From: Mayamaea pseudoterrestris
Lineage: Eukaryota
Length of the DNA stretch: 64,000 nt
Direction of reading: 5' to 3'
Assembly: GCA_027923505.1 (NCBI GenBank)
Contig: BROI01000003.1
Coordinates: 1,054,001 to 1,118,000, forward strand
How positions within the stretch are numbered: position 1 is the first letter of the stretch; the number at the start of each line of letters is the position of its first letter. Shown here piece after piece: positions 32,121 through 43,647 of this stretch. The notes under the pieces are model-generated. The model saw nothing but the letters and a program-made list of their open reading frames with translations. It was not told the origin of the DNA and did no database searches. The position numbers and the translations under genes were made by a program.

Positions 32121-33379
32121 ATGAAGCATTTTTCTTTCTCAGCGCTCGCGTTCGCCGCGGCGTTGCACTCATCCAATGCCTTTATCGCGTCGCAACGTCG
32201 CGCTGCATTCAGAGAGTTACACATGACTAGCAGCAGCGAGCAAGTGGAGGCGCTGCTCGCCACGGCGGCCAAGGCGCGGCAGGATGCGGAAAAATTGCGG
32301 CAGGTACGAGCGAATGAGCGCAGTGATGGCGTGTGTGAGAGAGTGTATCGTCATGTTTGGACGCTGCGAGTATAAAGTATATACATTGAGCAGCATTGTT
32401 ATAATGTACTTTAGCCATGCAGCTGCGTTTCTCATTCCATTCATTAACCTTCTGCTACTCTACACGAATCATGTATACACAGGAACTCGGCATGTCGACA
32501 TCTCCCAGTGCAGTTGCCGCGCCTGTTTCCACCAAAAAGTCGTCGACGGAACTCTTGTCGCTGCTACCCGACTTGATCCAGCGAAACGACTGGACGTCCA
32601 TTGCCAAGTACTCGTCGCAGTTTGGTTCCGCCAATCTCAAGACCTTTGCCGTCTCGCTGAGCATGCTCGAGCAGCGCACGCAACTCACCGCCAGTGCGCT
32701 GGGCATTTTGAGCGGCGACGACGACGTGAATTTGGACGACTTTAAATACGCCTCCGTCGGCGTCTTGGCCTTTTCCTGTGTCTCGGGCGTGGCGGCGCTG
32801 GCCTTTCTGCCGCCCAACGTGGGCGCCACCGTGTGCTACATTGTTGCTTTACTCCCAGTCCTGTTCTTGGCGCTGGGTTCCACGGCGCCGGGAATCATTG
32901 CCGGGGCAATCAAACGTATCAAGAATGACAGCAATGATAGTAACGCAGTATCAGCATCCGAGCGCGCGCTGCGCCACGAGGCGGCGCACTTTTGCTGCGG
33001 CTACTGGTGCGGTCTGCCCATTCGAAGCTACAATGTTGCTTCGAACGAGTTGGCGCAGGTCGAGTTTGCCGTCAACGATTCCGAGTACAGCGCCACGACA
33101 GTGGCGGCGCTGGCCGTCACGGGACTGGCGGGGTTGGTGGGCGAAGCCATGGCGTACGGCAACGCCAAGGGCGCGGCGCAGGATTTAATGACACTGGACA
33201 GTGTCTTTCGCAGCGCCAAGGAGTTTTACGGAGCGCAGCAGCAGCAAGATTTGACGCGATGGGCCGCCCTGACGGCGTCGCTCATGCTCCAAAAGAATCA
33301 GTCAAAGTATGACAAGGTGTATGAGGCGTTTCAGCGCGAGGCGAGTTTGGCGGAATGCGTGGCAATACTTGAATCGTAA
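32121..33379 (+). CDS. Plastid-targeted membrane protein with a peptidase M41-like HExxH motif (no ATPase domain); intron 32304-32482
   Basis: Presequence ...SSNA-F; two hydrophobic helices; RHEAAHF; LAGLVGEA..YG...GAAQDL; the intron joins the frames. Confidence 0.8.
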
Positions 33380-33474
33380 ATATTTTATCGTCATTGGCAG
33401 CTACTTTCAATATTAAATACACATTTTATCCATTAATATACATGGTTTCTATAATACATGTTACCATAATAAAG

Positions 33475-35049
33475 TTACCGAGTTTCTTGGCTGTTGATCG
33501 CTGTGAAACCAAGCCTTCGTCGCGCGCCTGGGACAGTTGGCGCCGTTGTGGGTGCCTTCGTATCAATATTTGCGGTTGGGACGACTGGCGCTTCCGTCTC
33601 GACAGCTGGTGAACTAGTTGTTGTTGGTACTGGTTCCGATGGAGTTGGCGGTGCAACCGTTGGGTATACATTCGTTGACGACGAGGCGCTGCCCTTGTAA
33701 CTGCCGGATGATGCAACACTACCGTTGACACTGTCAGAATTCTTGCCTCCCTTTGGTGCTGCGCCTTTTGCTGTTGACGATTTCTGGCCTTTGGTTCCTT
33801 TCGACGCGACTGGCATTTGAATCTTGGCGGCGCGTTTACTGCCGCCACCGCTGCCAGTCTTCTTTTGTTTCTTTTCAGGAAGTGCTGGCGGTTCGAAACA
33901 TTCCGCATGGTCAGGAAAGGACATGGACATGATGTGGTCGCCCACGCGCTCCTCGTAGAATGTGTGTTCCGCTTGCAGTAAACGTCTGACTTCATCGCCG
34001 CGGCCTTTGCCGCTGCGTGTTCGAGCCCGTTTGGTGCCCCGGCTTCCACTGTAGGATGCACTGTAGGATGCACTACCGACGGCAATGCTGCCGCCGGCTC
34101 TCTTGTTCAACGGCCGTGCCGGAGGACACGTTGGTTTCTGAGGTGTGGACGTAACGACTACGGTCGGTCGTCTCGTCAGTGGAGCAAACGTTGGCGTTTC
34201 TTCCACCGACGCCGTCGGTTCCTCGGTAACTATTGTTGCAGAAGTTGTCGGCATGATAGTCGGCGCAGGTGTCAAGTTGCTGCTGGTTGGTGCTTCCGTC
34301 GTGGGTTCCGGCGAGGCCGCTGGACAAACAACTTCCAAGGGAGCTTCCAAACCAAGCTGCAGACGAAATTTGGCAAAGCAAAAGCGTGAGAAGACTTTAT
34401 TCTTGTAAAAACGCCACGTAAAAAACCACCAAATCACTAGACTTACCAACTTGGTCCATCCGATTTGATCACCCGTCTGAAGTACTTGAAAGAAACCGCA
34501 CTCATTGTCGAACAAGATAATCCAAACGTTGGTAATATCTTCCTCCACCACGTTGGTGCCAACGATACTCATTTGAATCGCCTTTGGAATCTGCGCCGGC
34601 GACAGGGACGACACGTTTGTTGGATTTCCGGCAATGCTCACGTATTGAATCGTGTCGCCATTGGCGTATCCTTCACCGTAAAACGACGATCCAATCGGCG
34701 CCAAGCTTTGGTCGAGTTCAATAATATCGACGGAACTGACGCGGACTGGCACAAAGTCGCTCACACCTTCTCCCTCTGAGCCAAGACCTTGCGAGAAGCA
34801 GTCAAAGTCGGCAATGCCTGGTCCCATGACGTTGGTTTGGTTGCACACGTAGGAAAAGTTGAACTGAAACGTGTAGACGGATGGAGAGCAGGCGCAAATA
34901 GAAGTGCCAATCTCTTGGGCAGTGATAGATTGAACGAAGCAGGACGCGGCTAGTAGTAGGCTGCATGCAAGCCATGAGAGTGATGGCTTCCGTCGATTGC
35001 TTGTTGTTGCTGGTGCGGTATTCGTTGCTGTGCTTGTTTTGATTGTCAT
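33475..35049 (-). CDS. Secreted protein: Cys-containing globular domain + Pro/Thr-rich + Lys/Gly/Ser-rich regions; in-frame intron 34357-34446
   Basis: Signal-like helix, CACSPSVYTF...C...F.NEC...GDQIGWT, APT repeats, KG-rich tract, RRL motifs; 90-bp GTAAGT...CAG intron. Confidence 0.8.
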   Translation of the reverse strand: MTIKTSTATNTAPATTSNRRKPSLSWLACSLLLAASCFVQSITAQEIGTSICACSPSVYTFQFNFSYVCNQTNVMGPGIADFDCFSQGLGSEGEGVSDFVPVRVSSVDIIELDQSLAPIGSSFYGEGYANGDTIQYVSIAGNPTNVSSLSPAQIPKAIQMSIVGTNVVEEDITNVWIILFDNECGFFQVLQTGDQIGWTKLVSLVIWWFFTWRFYKNKVFSRFCFAKFRLQLGLEAPLEVVCPAASPEPTTEAPTSSNLTPAPTIMPTTSATIVTEEPTASVEETPTFAPLTRRPTVVVTSTPQKPTCPPARPLNKRAGGSIAVGSASYSASYSGSRGTKRARTRSGKGRGDEVRRLLQAEHTFYEERVGDHIMSMSFPDHAECFEPPALPEKKQKKTGSGGGSKRAAKIQMPVASKGTKGQKSSTAKGAAPKGGKNSDSVNGSVASSGSYKGSASSSTNVYPTVAPPTPSEPVPTTTSSPAVETEAPVVPTANIDTKAPTTAPTVPGARRRLGFTAINSQETR

Positions 35050-35512
35050 GGCTATTGTAAATGCTTTGCGATTTGCGATGCGGATCGGCTGGAATGCGAA
35101 GTATATTGGTTGATTGTTGGTTGCTTGTTTGATGCAATGCAACTATATGAGGTCTTTAATGTTATCGATACGATACGCCGGCACGTAAGGAGCAAGAAGT
35201 TATTGTTGTTTCGTCGATGCAGGATGGACGATGGGAGTCGCTCCATCGGATCGTTTTGTGAGTCGTACCAAGGCTTTTTTGCGTTGCCAGATTTGTGGAG
35301 TAATCGCCGAAATTTGACTAATTACTTATGCCTCTAGAAACTCTTTAGCGTCACATAGTTCGGTAGTTTGACAGCAGGCAATATTGCAAAACACCTGCCT
35401 TTGCTGGACGCACGACCGAATTTGTCGAGGAATTCAGCGTTGCTGGAGGGACTTGCCGTCAAGACTTTGTCAATGTCGTTTCCGGCTCATCGAAGTACCA
35501 CTAGAGACCACC

Positions 35513-37536
35513 ATGGCGCAGCAAAGAAACGAACAAGAGCAAAAACTGCCAGTGAATCCCATGGAACTTGCAGCAGCGACAGCAGACACAAGTAACATGA
35601 TACATCATCGCAACAGGACTCGAGCAGGAGAAAGCAGACGTAGAGTACACACTACACCAAGCACGATACAAGGCAGCATGCTTCTGACATGCATACTGAC
35701 ACTACTACTAGCATTTCGCGTCAGCGCCCAGCTCGGAGAGACAATTTGCAGCTGCTCGCCAAGCGCCTATTTGCTGAAACTGGACGTTGCGATCATGTGC
35801 AACGACGCGTCACTAACGACCAGCCCCGGCATTGACAATATTGAATGCGTCACGAATCCTTCGTTTGACGGCAATCCCAATCAACTCAACATTACCAGTG
35901 TCACCTTTTTGGAACTGGATCAAAACCTGCAGCTGCTGACGAGCAGCACCGTTACCAACGACTTGAAGAATGGCGACACCGTGGAGTTTGCCTCGTTCAC
36001 CGTCAATCCCGATCAAGCGACACTCACCAAAGTGCCGTCGACGATTGAGGTTGGCATCATGGCGCAAGATGCAGATGGAAACTCGATATTGACGAATTGG
36101 GTGGTTTCCTTCAGTAACGCGTGTGACGCGTATCCAGTCATTAGCGTCGGCGATACGATCGGATGGACCGAGTTTGTATGTAAACGAAAAAAGCATATGG
36201 CAGTAAGGTTCTATATCAATCTTGTTGTCATTCTCACACCATTCATTTTGCTTTCACAATGCAGGCCAACGTCCGTCCACCTCCAGGAAGCCTTTGTCCA
36301 TTGGCGGCAACACCGACGACGGCTCCATCCGCAGGTGCACCAACAACGTCCACCACGGCCCCCACGGGCGAGGAGCCAACTACTACTACCAGTGAACCAA
36401 CGGCATCTGTTGCGACACCGAAACCATCCACCAAGGCTCCCTCGCGGCCGCAACCGCCGACGCTTTCACCGGGCGGAAGCGTTGCACAACCTACTGGATC
36501 CGTCGCGCAACCGACTTTGCCATCCACAAAGGCGCCCACGACACTTGCCCCAGTGACTCCTTCGCCGACGCATCCACTAGTCGCCAATTGCATTGGAAGT
36601 GGAAGCAGCTTCTACAGCAAGGACAAAAACAAGGGTGCCAAAAGTAACGTCTTTTATCGCGACTGCTACTACGAACCCGACGGCAGCAAGGCCAAGATGC
36701 CAAAGGGTAGTCTCAAAGCTCCTGATCCAAAGGTTATCAAAGGCAGCAAAGGATATAGTAAAGCAATCAAGGGCGGCTCATGGTCAGTTTCTGGATCACG
36801 GTCGGGCTTGTACCGGCCCGCACCGACGCACCCTCCGACCGTTCCACCGCAAGGTGGCGGCTCAGTCGCCACGCCACTTCCAGTTGGCTCCCAGGCAGCA
36901 GCTCCCACTGCCGCCTCGCAGGCAGTTGGTTCGCAGGTTGCTGCTGCTCCAACGACGACAAGGACTGGAGCGCCATCCCCGTCCGCCATGGTGTCGGTAC
37001 CATGGGTGGATCAGCCAACAACGGATGATGCCATGGTCAGCAATACGACCGACGATACGTTTTCAAACACTCCGCCGCCAGTGACGCAGGTTGACGACGA
37101 CGATGCTTCTCCAACCGTTGCCGCTCCAACAATGCCGTCGTTGATACCGCCATCGCCACTGTCGCCGGGTGCAAGCGGCAACAACACGTTACCAGTCGGC
37201 GGCGGCCCATCAAGCAGTAGTACCGCAAACAGCACTACATCCGACACGTCCACCATTGCTGGCATTGTCATTGGCGGTGGCCTGGTCATGCTTGTCATGG
37301 GGTTTGGCGTGTGGCAAATCAAGCGGCAGCGCTCGCACGGCCTCATTCGCGACCTTGACGACGACGACTTAGACGGCAAACGCGCCGTCGACATGAGCAG
37401 CTCGGAATCCACCATGGGTCTCACGTCGTCGCAGGATCATACTAGCATTTACCACTTGGAGAGTCACGAGGTGGATGATAATGGCATGAACCATGATTTG
37501 GAACTGGATCCGCTGGCGCCGCAACAAGTTTCATAG
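35513..37536 (+). CDS. Cell-surface paralog of the previous gene with a C-terminal TM helix; intron 36176-36264; start codon uncertain
   Basis: CSCSPSAYLL...C...FSNAC...GDTIGWT, PT-rich and KGS-rich tracts, TM IAGIVIGGGLVMLVMGFGVW. Confidence 0.8.
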
Positions 37537-37722
37537 CGCGGCGATTTGGGAGTTTGATAGAATTAAAAATTTGTGTTGTATAGTATCAATTGTAAACAAG
37601 CTTTTGTAAGTTTATATTATCTATCACTGTTCCGTTTTGAAACGCACCATTCAATCGTCGATCCATGGTCGTCGACGAAAGTGTAGCTGCGTATTTACCA
37701 TTGCCATTATATCGTATCTTGC

Positions 37723-38802
37723 CTAAAAGATGACCCAATCATTCTCACTGCAGCCAAGCTCCTTCAGCGCCGGAATGCAGGCAAACTTGATCATTGGCGG
37801 CGGCCCGCACATGAAGACTTGCGTCTTGTTGTGTTTCGAATTGTTGTCTTTGTCAAACCAGCAATGCTCCTCGATCATGACCTTGTTGATGAATCCGACG
37901 CTATACTTCCATTTTTCGTCATCACCGACGCGATCCACCGTGTACCAGATGGAGAAGCGATTCGGAAATTTGCGCGCCAAATCGTCTAGTTCCTCCTTCA
38001 GCAACACGTCGTCGGGCGTTTGGTTGGCATATAGTAGCTTGACCTGCATGTTTTGGTTCTTGCTGGCGTGGACGGGTGACGTGAAAATGCTTTGTAAATG
38101 TGTAGAGAGAATGTGAGGCAAATTCAGCATGTGTTAAACCATGTTTGACAAGTAGACTCAAGGCGAGCAACTCTCATCTCTCGACAGCATTTATACTCAC
38201 GCATGCAGTATTTGCAGCATGGGCGTGACGCCCGTGCCACCCGCCAGCATGACGACGCTACTGCAGCGCCGCTGCTGCACCGGCTGGCCGAGCGGCTTGC
38301 ACTTGAGCTTGCCGCCATGAAGGTATTCCACATGTCCCTTGGGGCCGCGCATTTTGACAAAGTCTTTACCAATTTCCAACGAGTCCAAGTATTGGCTCAT
38401 GATTCCGCCGTTGGGAAACTTTGGCGGCAAGTTGGGATAGACTTTGACGACGAGCGAAAAGGATCCGCGCTGGTAGTCGTCCGACGTTGGCGTGTAGCTG
38501 CGCTGCACCACGGCGCCCGTTTTATGGTCAATGCACTGCAGCGACAAGTGCTTGCCAATGGCCAGGCCCAGCAAATCGGATTCGTGTGGCAGCGCAAAGG
38601 TGAATCTTCTCGTGTCGTGCGAAATTATTTTCTTGTCAATGAGCAGGACGGATATAAAGTCGTCGAGTGGAAGGATTGTTTTGATTTTAAGTGAGCGTTG
38701 CTTGATAATGATGAGGGTGGCGGCGAGCAAGATCATGGCGGCAGCTGCTCCCGCAACGAGCGGTTGCTCGGAAACGAGATTGTGAATCATTGCTGCTGTC
38801 AT
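37723..38802 (-). CDS. NADH-cytochrome b5 reductase; intron about 38090-38200
   Basis: N-terminal anchor, HDTRRFTFALP, RSYTP, GGIMSQYL, MLAGGTGVTPMLQ, LLYANQT, CGPPPMI. Confidence 0.95.
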
Positions 38803-39201
38803 TGTATATGTATTATTGTAGAATATAGTATATATTCCGGAGCTTCTGTCTCTCTTGTCTATGAAATAATTGATGATCCGATTAGTTCACACTCGCTCGA
38901 CTCGTTCCATGGTGATCATTCGTTCGTCGCAAGGAAGAAACGTCATCGCCGTTCAGTACCGCTACGACAATCAAACACGTTTTCGTCGCATGCGTTCGTT
39001 CCGTCAATCGCCACCGCGCCATCGGAACGACCACATCGACAAGAATAAGTCGTCGCCCATTTTTCATCGTCCTTGCTTGATTCATTGCTGCAGTAGGCAA
39101 GAATAGCGTAAGAAGAGAAAGAGAGAAACTCCTCTTTACTTGGCATTGACTCTTGATTCACTTGATAGACGGCACTCGCAGCAGCACCATCAGCAATCAT
39201 C

Positions 39202-40545
39202 ATGCAGTTTTCCTCCGCACTCTCGCTACTCTTGCTCGCACCAATGGTGCAATGCTGGGTTTCTCCGTCGACAGCAAGAGTCTATTCAATGACGACGACG
39301 ACGACTACTAGCAGCAGCAAGGCGTTGCAGGCTCCTCTCTACGCAACTCCAGTCGATCAAGCAGAGGCAGTGACAAGTCCTTCCACTGCACCATCAGCCG
39401 ATCACAGCGACAATCACTCTACAAATACAGCTGTTGCTTCTCATAAACCTCCACTCGACTCTGACTTTCAATCCGCCCTCGACGAGCTCCAAGAAACACT
39501 TACACAAGCATGTCCGCCACATTTGCAGTCCAAAATGCTGCCGCTGCTGTTGTCCTTTGCCGACGAGTACATGCGCGCCTCGCAGCAGTCCTACCGCGCT
39601 GGAACAATTGCTGCAAACCCAAAGCAGTCCATGCAGCAGTTTCTCAAGGGCGTGCAGTACGGACTAGAGTTTGGCGTGAATCCCGACACGAAATACCAGT
39701 TTGACGTTTCGCATCAAGCGCTGCGTGGTTACCCCGAAACAGAAAACGGCAATACCGTCGACTACTACGCCTTTGGCTGCGATTTTTTCCGACCAATGAT
39801 GAATCTGCAACAGAGCGTCATTTTGGGACAAGACTATCTACAGCAAGCCATGGATCAAGTGGCGGCTGGCGACAATGTCGTACTCTTTGCCAACCACCAG
39901 TCGGAAGCCGATCCCCAAGTGGTGAGCTGCTGTTTCGAAGTGGCGGGCTATGCCGATCAAGCATCGGAAATGATTTACGTGGCGGGCCACAAGGTCACGA
40001 CGGATCCACTGGCCATTCCTTTCAGCATGGGACGCAACTTATTGTGCATTCACAGCAAGAAACATATTGACGCGGATCCAGACACAAAAGCTACCAAGCA
40101 GCGACAAAATATCAAGGCAATGAACTCGCTGCTGCAATCGTTCAAGAGTGGTGGCGCATTGGTGTGGGTGGCGCCGTCGGGCGGCCGCGACCGGCGCAAC
40201 GTGGAAACCAACGAGATTCCGATTGCACCGTTTGACGGAAAAACACTCGACATTTTTCGCTTGTATGCCAACAAGTCGGGCGTCAAGACGCACTACTACA
40301 CGCTCGCCATGGTGTCCTACACACTGTGTCCGCCGCCGGATTTTGTCGAAGCAGGGGTCGGAGAGGCGCGGCAAGTACGGTTCGAGCCAGTGGGTATACA
40401 CATGGGCGCGGAACTGGAGAGTGTCGGTGGATTGGAGGGACGGCAGCAGTTTCTGCGCAGCGCCATGGAGCAGTGCGAGCGCGACTATCAAACGTTGTTG
40501 AGTGAAATAGAGGTAAAGCAGCAGCAGGAGCCAGCGGAGGCTTAA
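39202..40545 (+). CDS. ATS1: Plastid glycerol-3-phosphate acyltransferase
   Basis: Presequence VQC-W; NHQSEADP (HX4D), PFSMGRNL, WVAPSGGRDR. Confidence 0.93.
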   Translation: MQFSSALSLLLLAPMVQCWVSPSTARVYSMTTTTTTSSSKALQAPLYATPVDQAEAVTSPSTAPSADHSDNHSTNTAVASHKPPLDSDFQSALDELQETLTQACPPHLQSKMLPLLLSFADEYMRASQQSYRAGTIAANPKQSMQQFLKGVQYGLEFGVNPDTKYQFDVSHQALRGYPETENGNTVDYYAFGCDFFRPMMNLQQSVILGQDYLQQAMDQVAAGDNVVLFANHQSEADPQVVSCCFEVAGYADQASEMIYVAGHKVTTDPLAIPFSMGRNLLCIHSKKHIDADPDTKATKQRQNIKAMNSLLQSFKSGGALVWVAPSGGRDRRNVETNEIPIAPFDGKTLDIFRLYANKSGVKTHYYTLAMVSYTLCPPPDFVEAGVGEARQVRFEPVGIHMGAELESVGGLEGRQQFLRSAMEQCERDYQTLLSEIEVKQQQEPAEA

Positions 40546-41294
40546 ACTTAGTTGGAATGAAAAAGGAGCTGGTGCAGCTGCAGCGATTGCACCTACCGAT
40601 ATAAAAGCTGACGCGAACAGCTTTTATATCAAGAACTTGTTACATATTAGGAAAAAATCGTTACAGTTAGTTGAGTGTTTCGGCAGATCGTGATCGCGGA
40701 GGGTTGTGTAACTTTCGCAAAGAGCGGCGCTTCCACTTTCGCAAGTGGCGATTCCTAGTTATGAAACATGGCACTGCTCGCACTTGAACAGCTTAAGTTG
40801 GTTTACTCAATGGTATAGGCCGCCGCTTCTTCAACGTCGAAATTTTGTACGTGGAATGCAACCTTTCCAAACATAACAATGCGCATCCTGATGCTCTCGT
40901 CGATGCGCAATGCTCATCTAGTGTCCCGCATGGGACTACCTTTCACGACAGCGTTTCCTGTCCGACCCAGTTGGTCAAATCACATCATCTGGCAATGCAT
41001 CATTGCCTCAATGACAATCAGCAAGTTTTTCTATTTGTAATGCACAAGAGGAAGAAGTCTTTTTCCGTGGCAGCAAGTCCTGCTTGCTTTCGATGGCAAT
41101 TGCTAATCTTCGCTATTAATTAAACCCGCTACGACACAAGTCAATCGTGCGAAAGATGTCACAATGACCCAGAATCTTGCCGCGAAAATGACCCTTTCGT
41201 CGATCGCCCGTTCGACCATCCTCAACTCGGATAACTTGACCATACCATACTAACCGACAGCAATAGCATCAATATACATATATACACTAACAAC

Positions 41295-43251
41295 ATGCCC
41301 GACGTGTTGCTCATTATTTGTTGTGTCGTTGCCTTTGTCGTCTTGGCATTGGCCGGCTTGTACTTGCTGGTGTACTACTCGCACCCGGACGACAAAAACG
41401 ACGCCTACCTGCCCAAACTGACGGTCATATCTGGATTCATGCTGGCGGGAATTACAGTGTTAATGTTTCCGTTGGATGTGGCGAACAATGAGGGATATGC
41501 AGGTGTGTTTGAAATGGAATGAGAAGTTCTGCTGCAGTGTGGCTAGGAGACTTTTTCGACGAAATTCGTCGATCCATTAAAGCGTGCATTGATATCAACC
41601 ATCACGTTCATCACTAAAACTCTTCGCTACTACATTTCCAGGATGCGCCGGATACGACACCAAGTTTTGCGGCGGCATGAACATGGAAGGCATGTGGAAC
41701 GCCCTCTTTTGGATGATTCCAATGTGGGTCTTTTTGTTGATTCCCTTCATGACCTTTTACTACGAGGCGGACGACGGCATGATCATGGCTGGCACCAGCG
41801 TCAATCCGGAAGGAAAGAAGCAAAGTAAACTGTGTCAGGCGCTTTGCTACGAATTCTTTGTGGCGGCCATTGCATTGTGAGTTTTGCGCGAATGGATGCG
41901 ATTGTAGGCCGAAAAACAATGGCGTGCCAAATGTTCAATGATCCACTCACTCGCCTCGTTGCTTTACAGACTCTTCTTTGGCGTCGCATATGCTGCCATG
42001 GCCGAAACCAACATTCCCGTCCAAGAGTACCAGTCACCCTCATACAAGGACTTGAGGTCGGGTCTCGTGCAAGGCTACGGTCCGCCGGTGGTTTACACCA
42101 TTTCCCCCTACGATACAATCAACGCCACCTTTTCGAAAAGCGACTTGACGGAAATGGGATCGGCCGATGCGCACTGGCAGCAGCCACTGAAAAGTACTGG
42201 ATATAAAATGACACTAACTGTTGGTGTATCAACCTTTTACGGCGGACTCATGGCGTGGGTTGGATGGTTCCTCTTTTGTCTGTTTGGCGGCATTGGCTTG
42301 GCGGCACTGCCACTGGATCTCATCTTGACGTACCAGCATCGACCGAAACACATGGACGCCCAGGAGTTTGCCGAGGCGCAGCAGTCGCTGCGCGTGCGCG
42401 TCAACGAGCTCGTGGAAGTGGGCGAGTTGCTGAAGATCAAGCGCGAGGAGCGGGCGCAGGCTGGTTTGACGGGTGGTCCGCTCGGGCGGTTCAGTTTGGA
42501 CGGCGACAAGCGCAAGGCCATTCGCGAGGACCAGCAGTCCGTGACTGAGTTCAAGCAAGCCGTATATCTCATGGAGGAGGACGTTCAAGATTTCAAGGAT
42601 GCGACAAGCAACTATGACAATTACAATCCACTCACGCCATATATTGCGCTTCTGCTGGGTTGCGTCTCAACAGTTATCAGCTTCTTTTGGTTTTTACACA
42701 TTTGCATATACGTCTTCCCTACTCCGCCGCTTCGACCATTTCTGAATGCCTACTTTAAGTGGTTTGACTCTTGGTTTCCCCTCTTTGGCGTCCTCAGTGT
42801 TGCGGTCTTTACAAGCTACCTGCTCGTGGCAGCACTCAAGGGCTGCTTTAAGTTTGGCATTCGCTTCATGTTCTTTCAGATTCATCCCATGAAACCCGGC
42901 AAAACCTACATGTCATCCTTCATGTTCAACATTGGCTTGCTGCTGCTATGCGCCTTGCCCGTCGTTCAGTTTTGCCAGCAAGCCTTTGCCGGCTACGCGG
43001 CCAATTCAAACATTCGCCAAATGTTTGGCACGCAAATACAAAATCTGAAATTCTTTGGCTGGTGGTGGCGGTCAAAAGTCTTTATCTATCTGTTTTTAAT
43101 CTTTTTCATACTGGCAACAATGTACTTGTGCTGCAAGCCAAAGGACAAGAGCGCCGATGCGAGGCTACTGCGAGATCGACTGCGCGAGCGCTCGCCGGGA
43201 GGTGCTGCTGCTTCTGGAAGTCTCAAAGCGGAGGATGGTGAATTGACTTAG
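41295..43251 (+). CDS. LMBR1/LIMR-family multi-pass membrane protein; introns 41503-41641 and 41877-41969
   Basis: HPDDKN..Y.PK, FPLDVAN, IPFMTFYYEAD, GGIGLAALPLD, HPMKPGKTYMSSFMFN; canonical splice sites keep the frame. Confidence 0.9.
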
Positions 43252-43647
43252 AGTTATTTTGTATTTATCTAAGTCGTTCAAAAGTTGTAGAGGATGGCAC
43301 AATAGGAATAGCGAAATAAATGCTGCACGTTCTTGTGTTCGGGCTCATAGTTCTTCACGCGCAACACATATACCCCTTGCTGGCTCCATCCTCCGTCCAG
43401 CTTACACATTCGAACTCTCTTGCAACTCAGACGATAATTTGGCTTCGGCTCCAAAGCATTTTTCGGTCAGACAACACGCTGTTTCTAGGAGCCGGCAGCA
43501 GGACCGTTAAGCTTTTGCCAAGTGCCCATTGTGGTTCACTCGTGGCTGCTACCTCAATCAAAAGGTGCAACAATGTGTCTCTAATCATACTGTAATTTAT
43601 ATACTGTCTTTGTCTTTTGTCGTTTGTGTTGCACATTTTCAACACGT

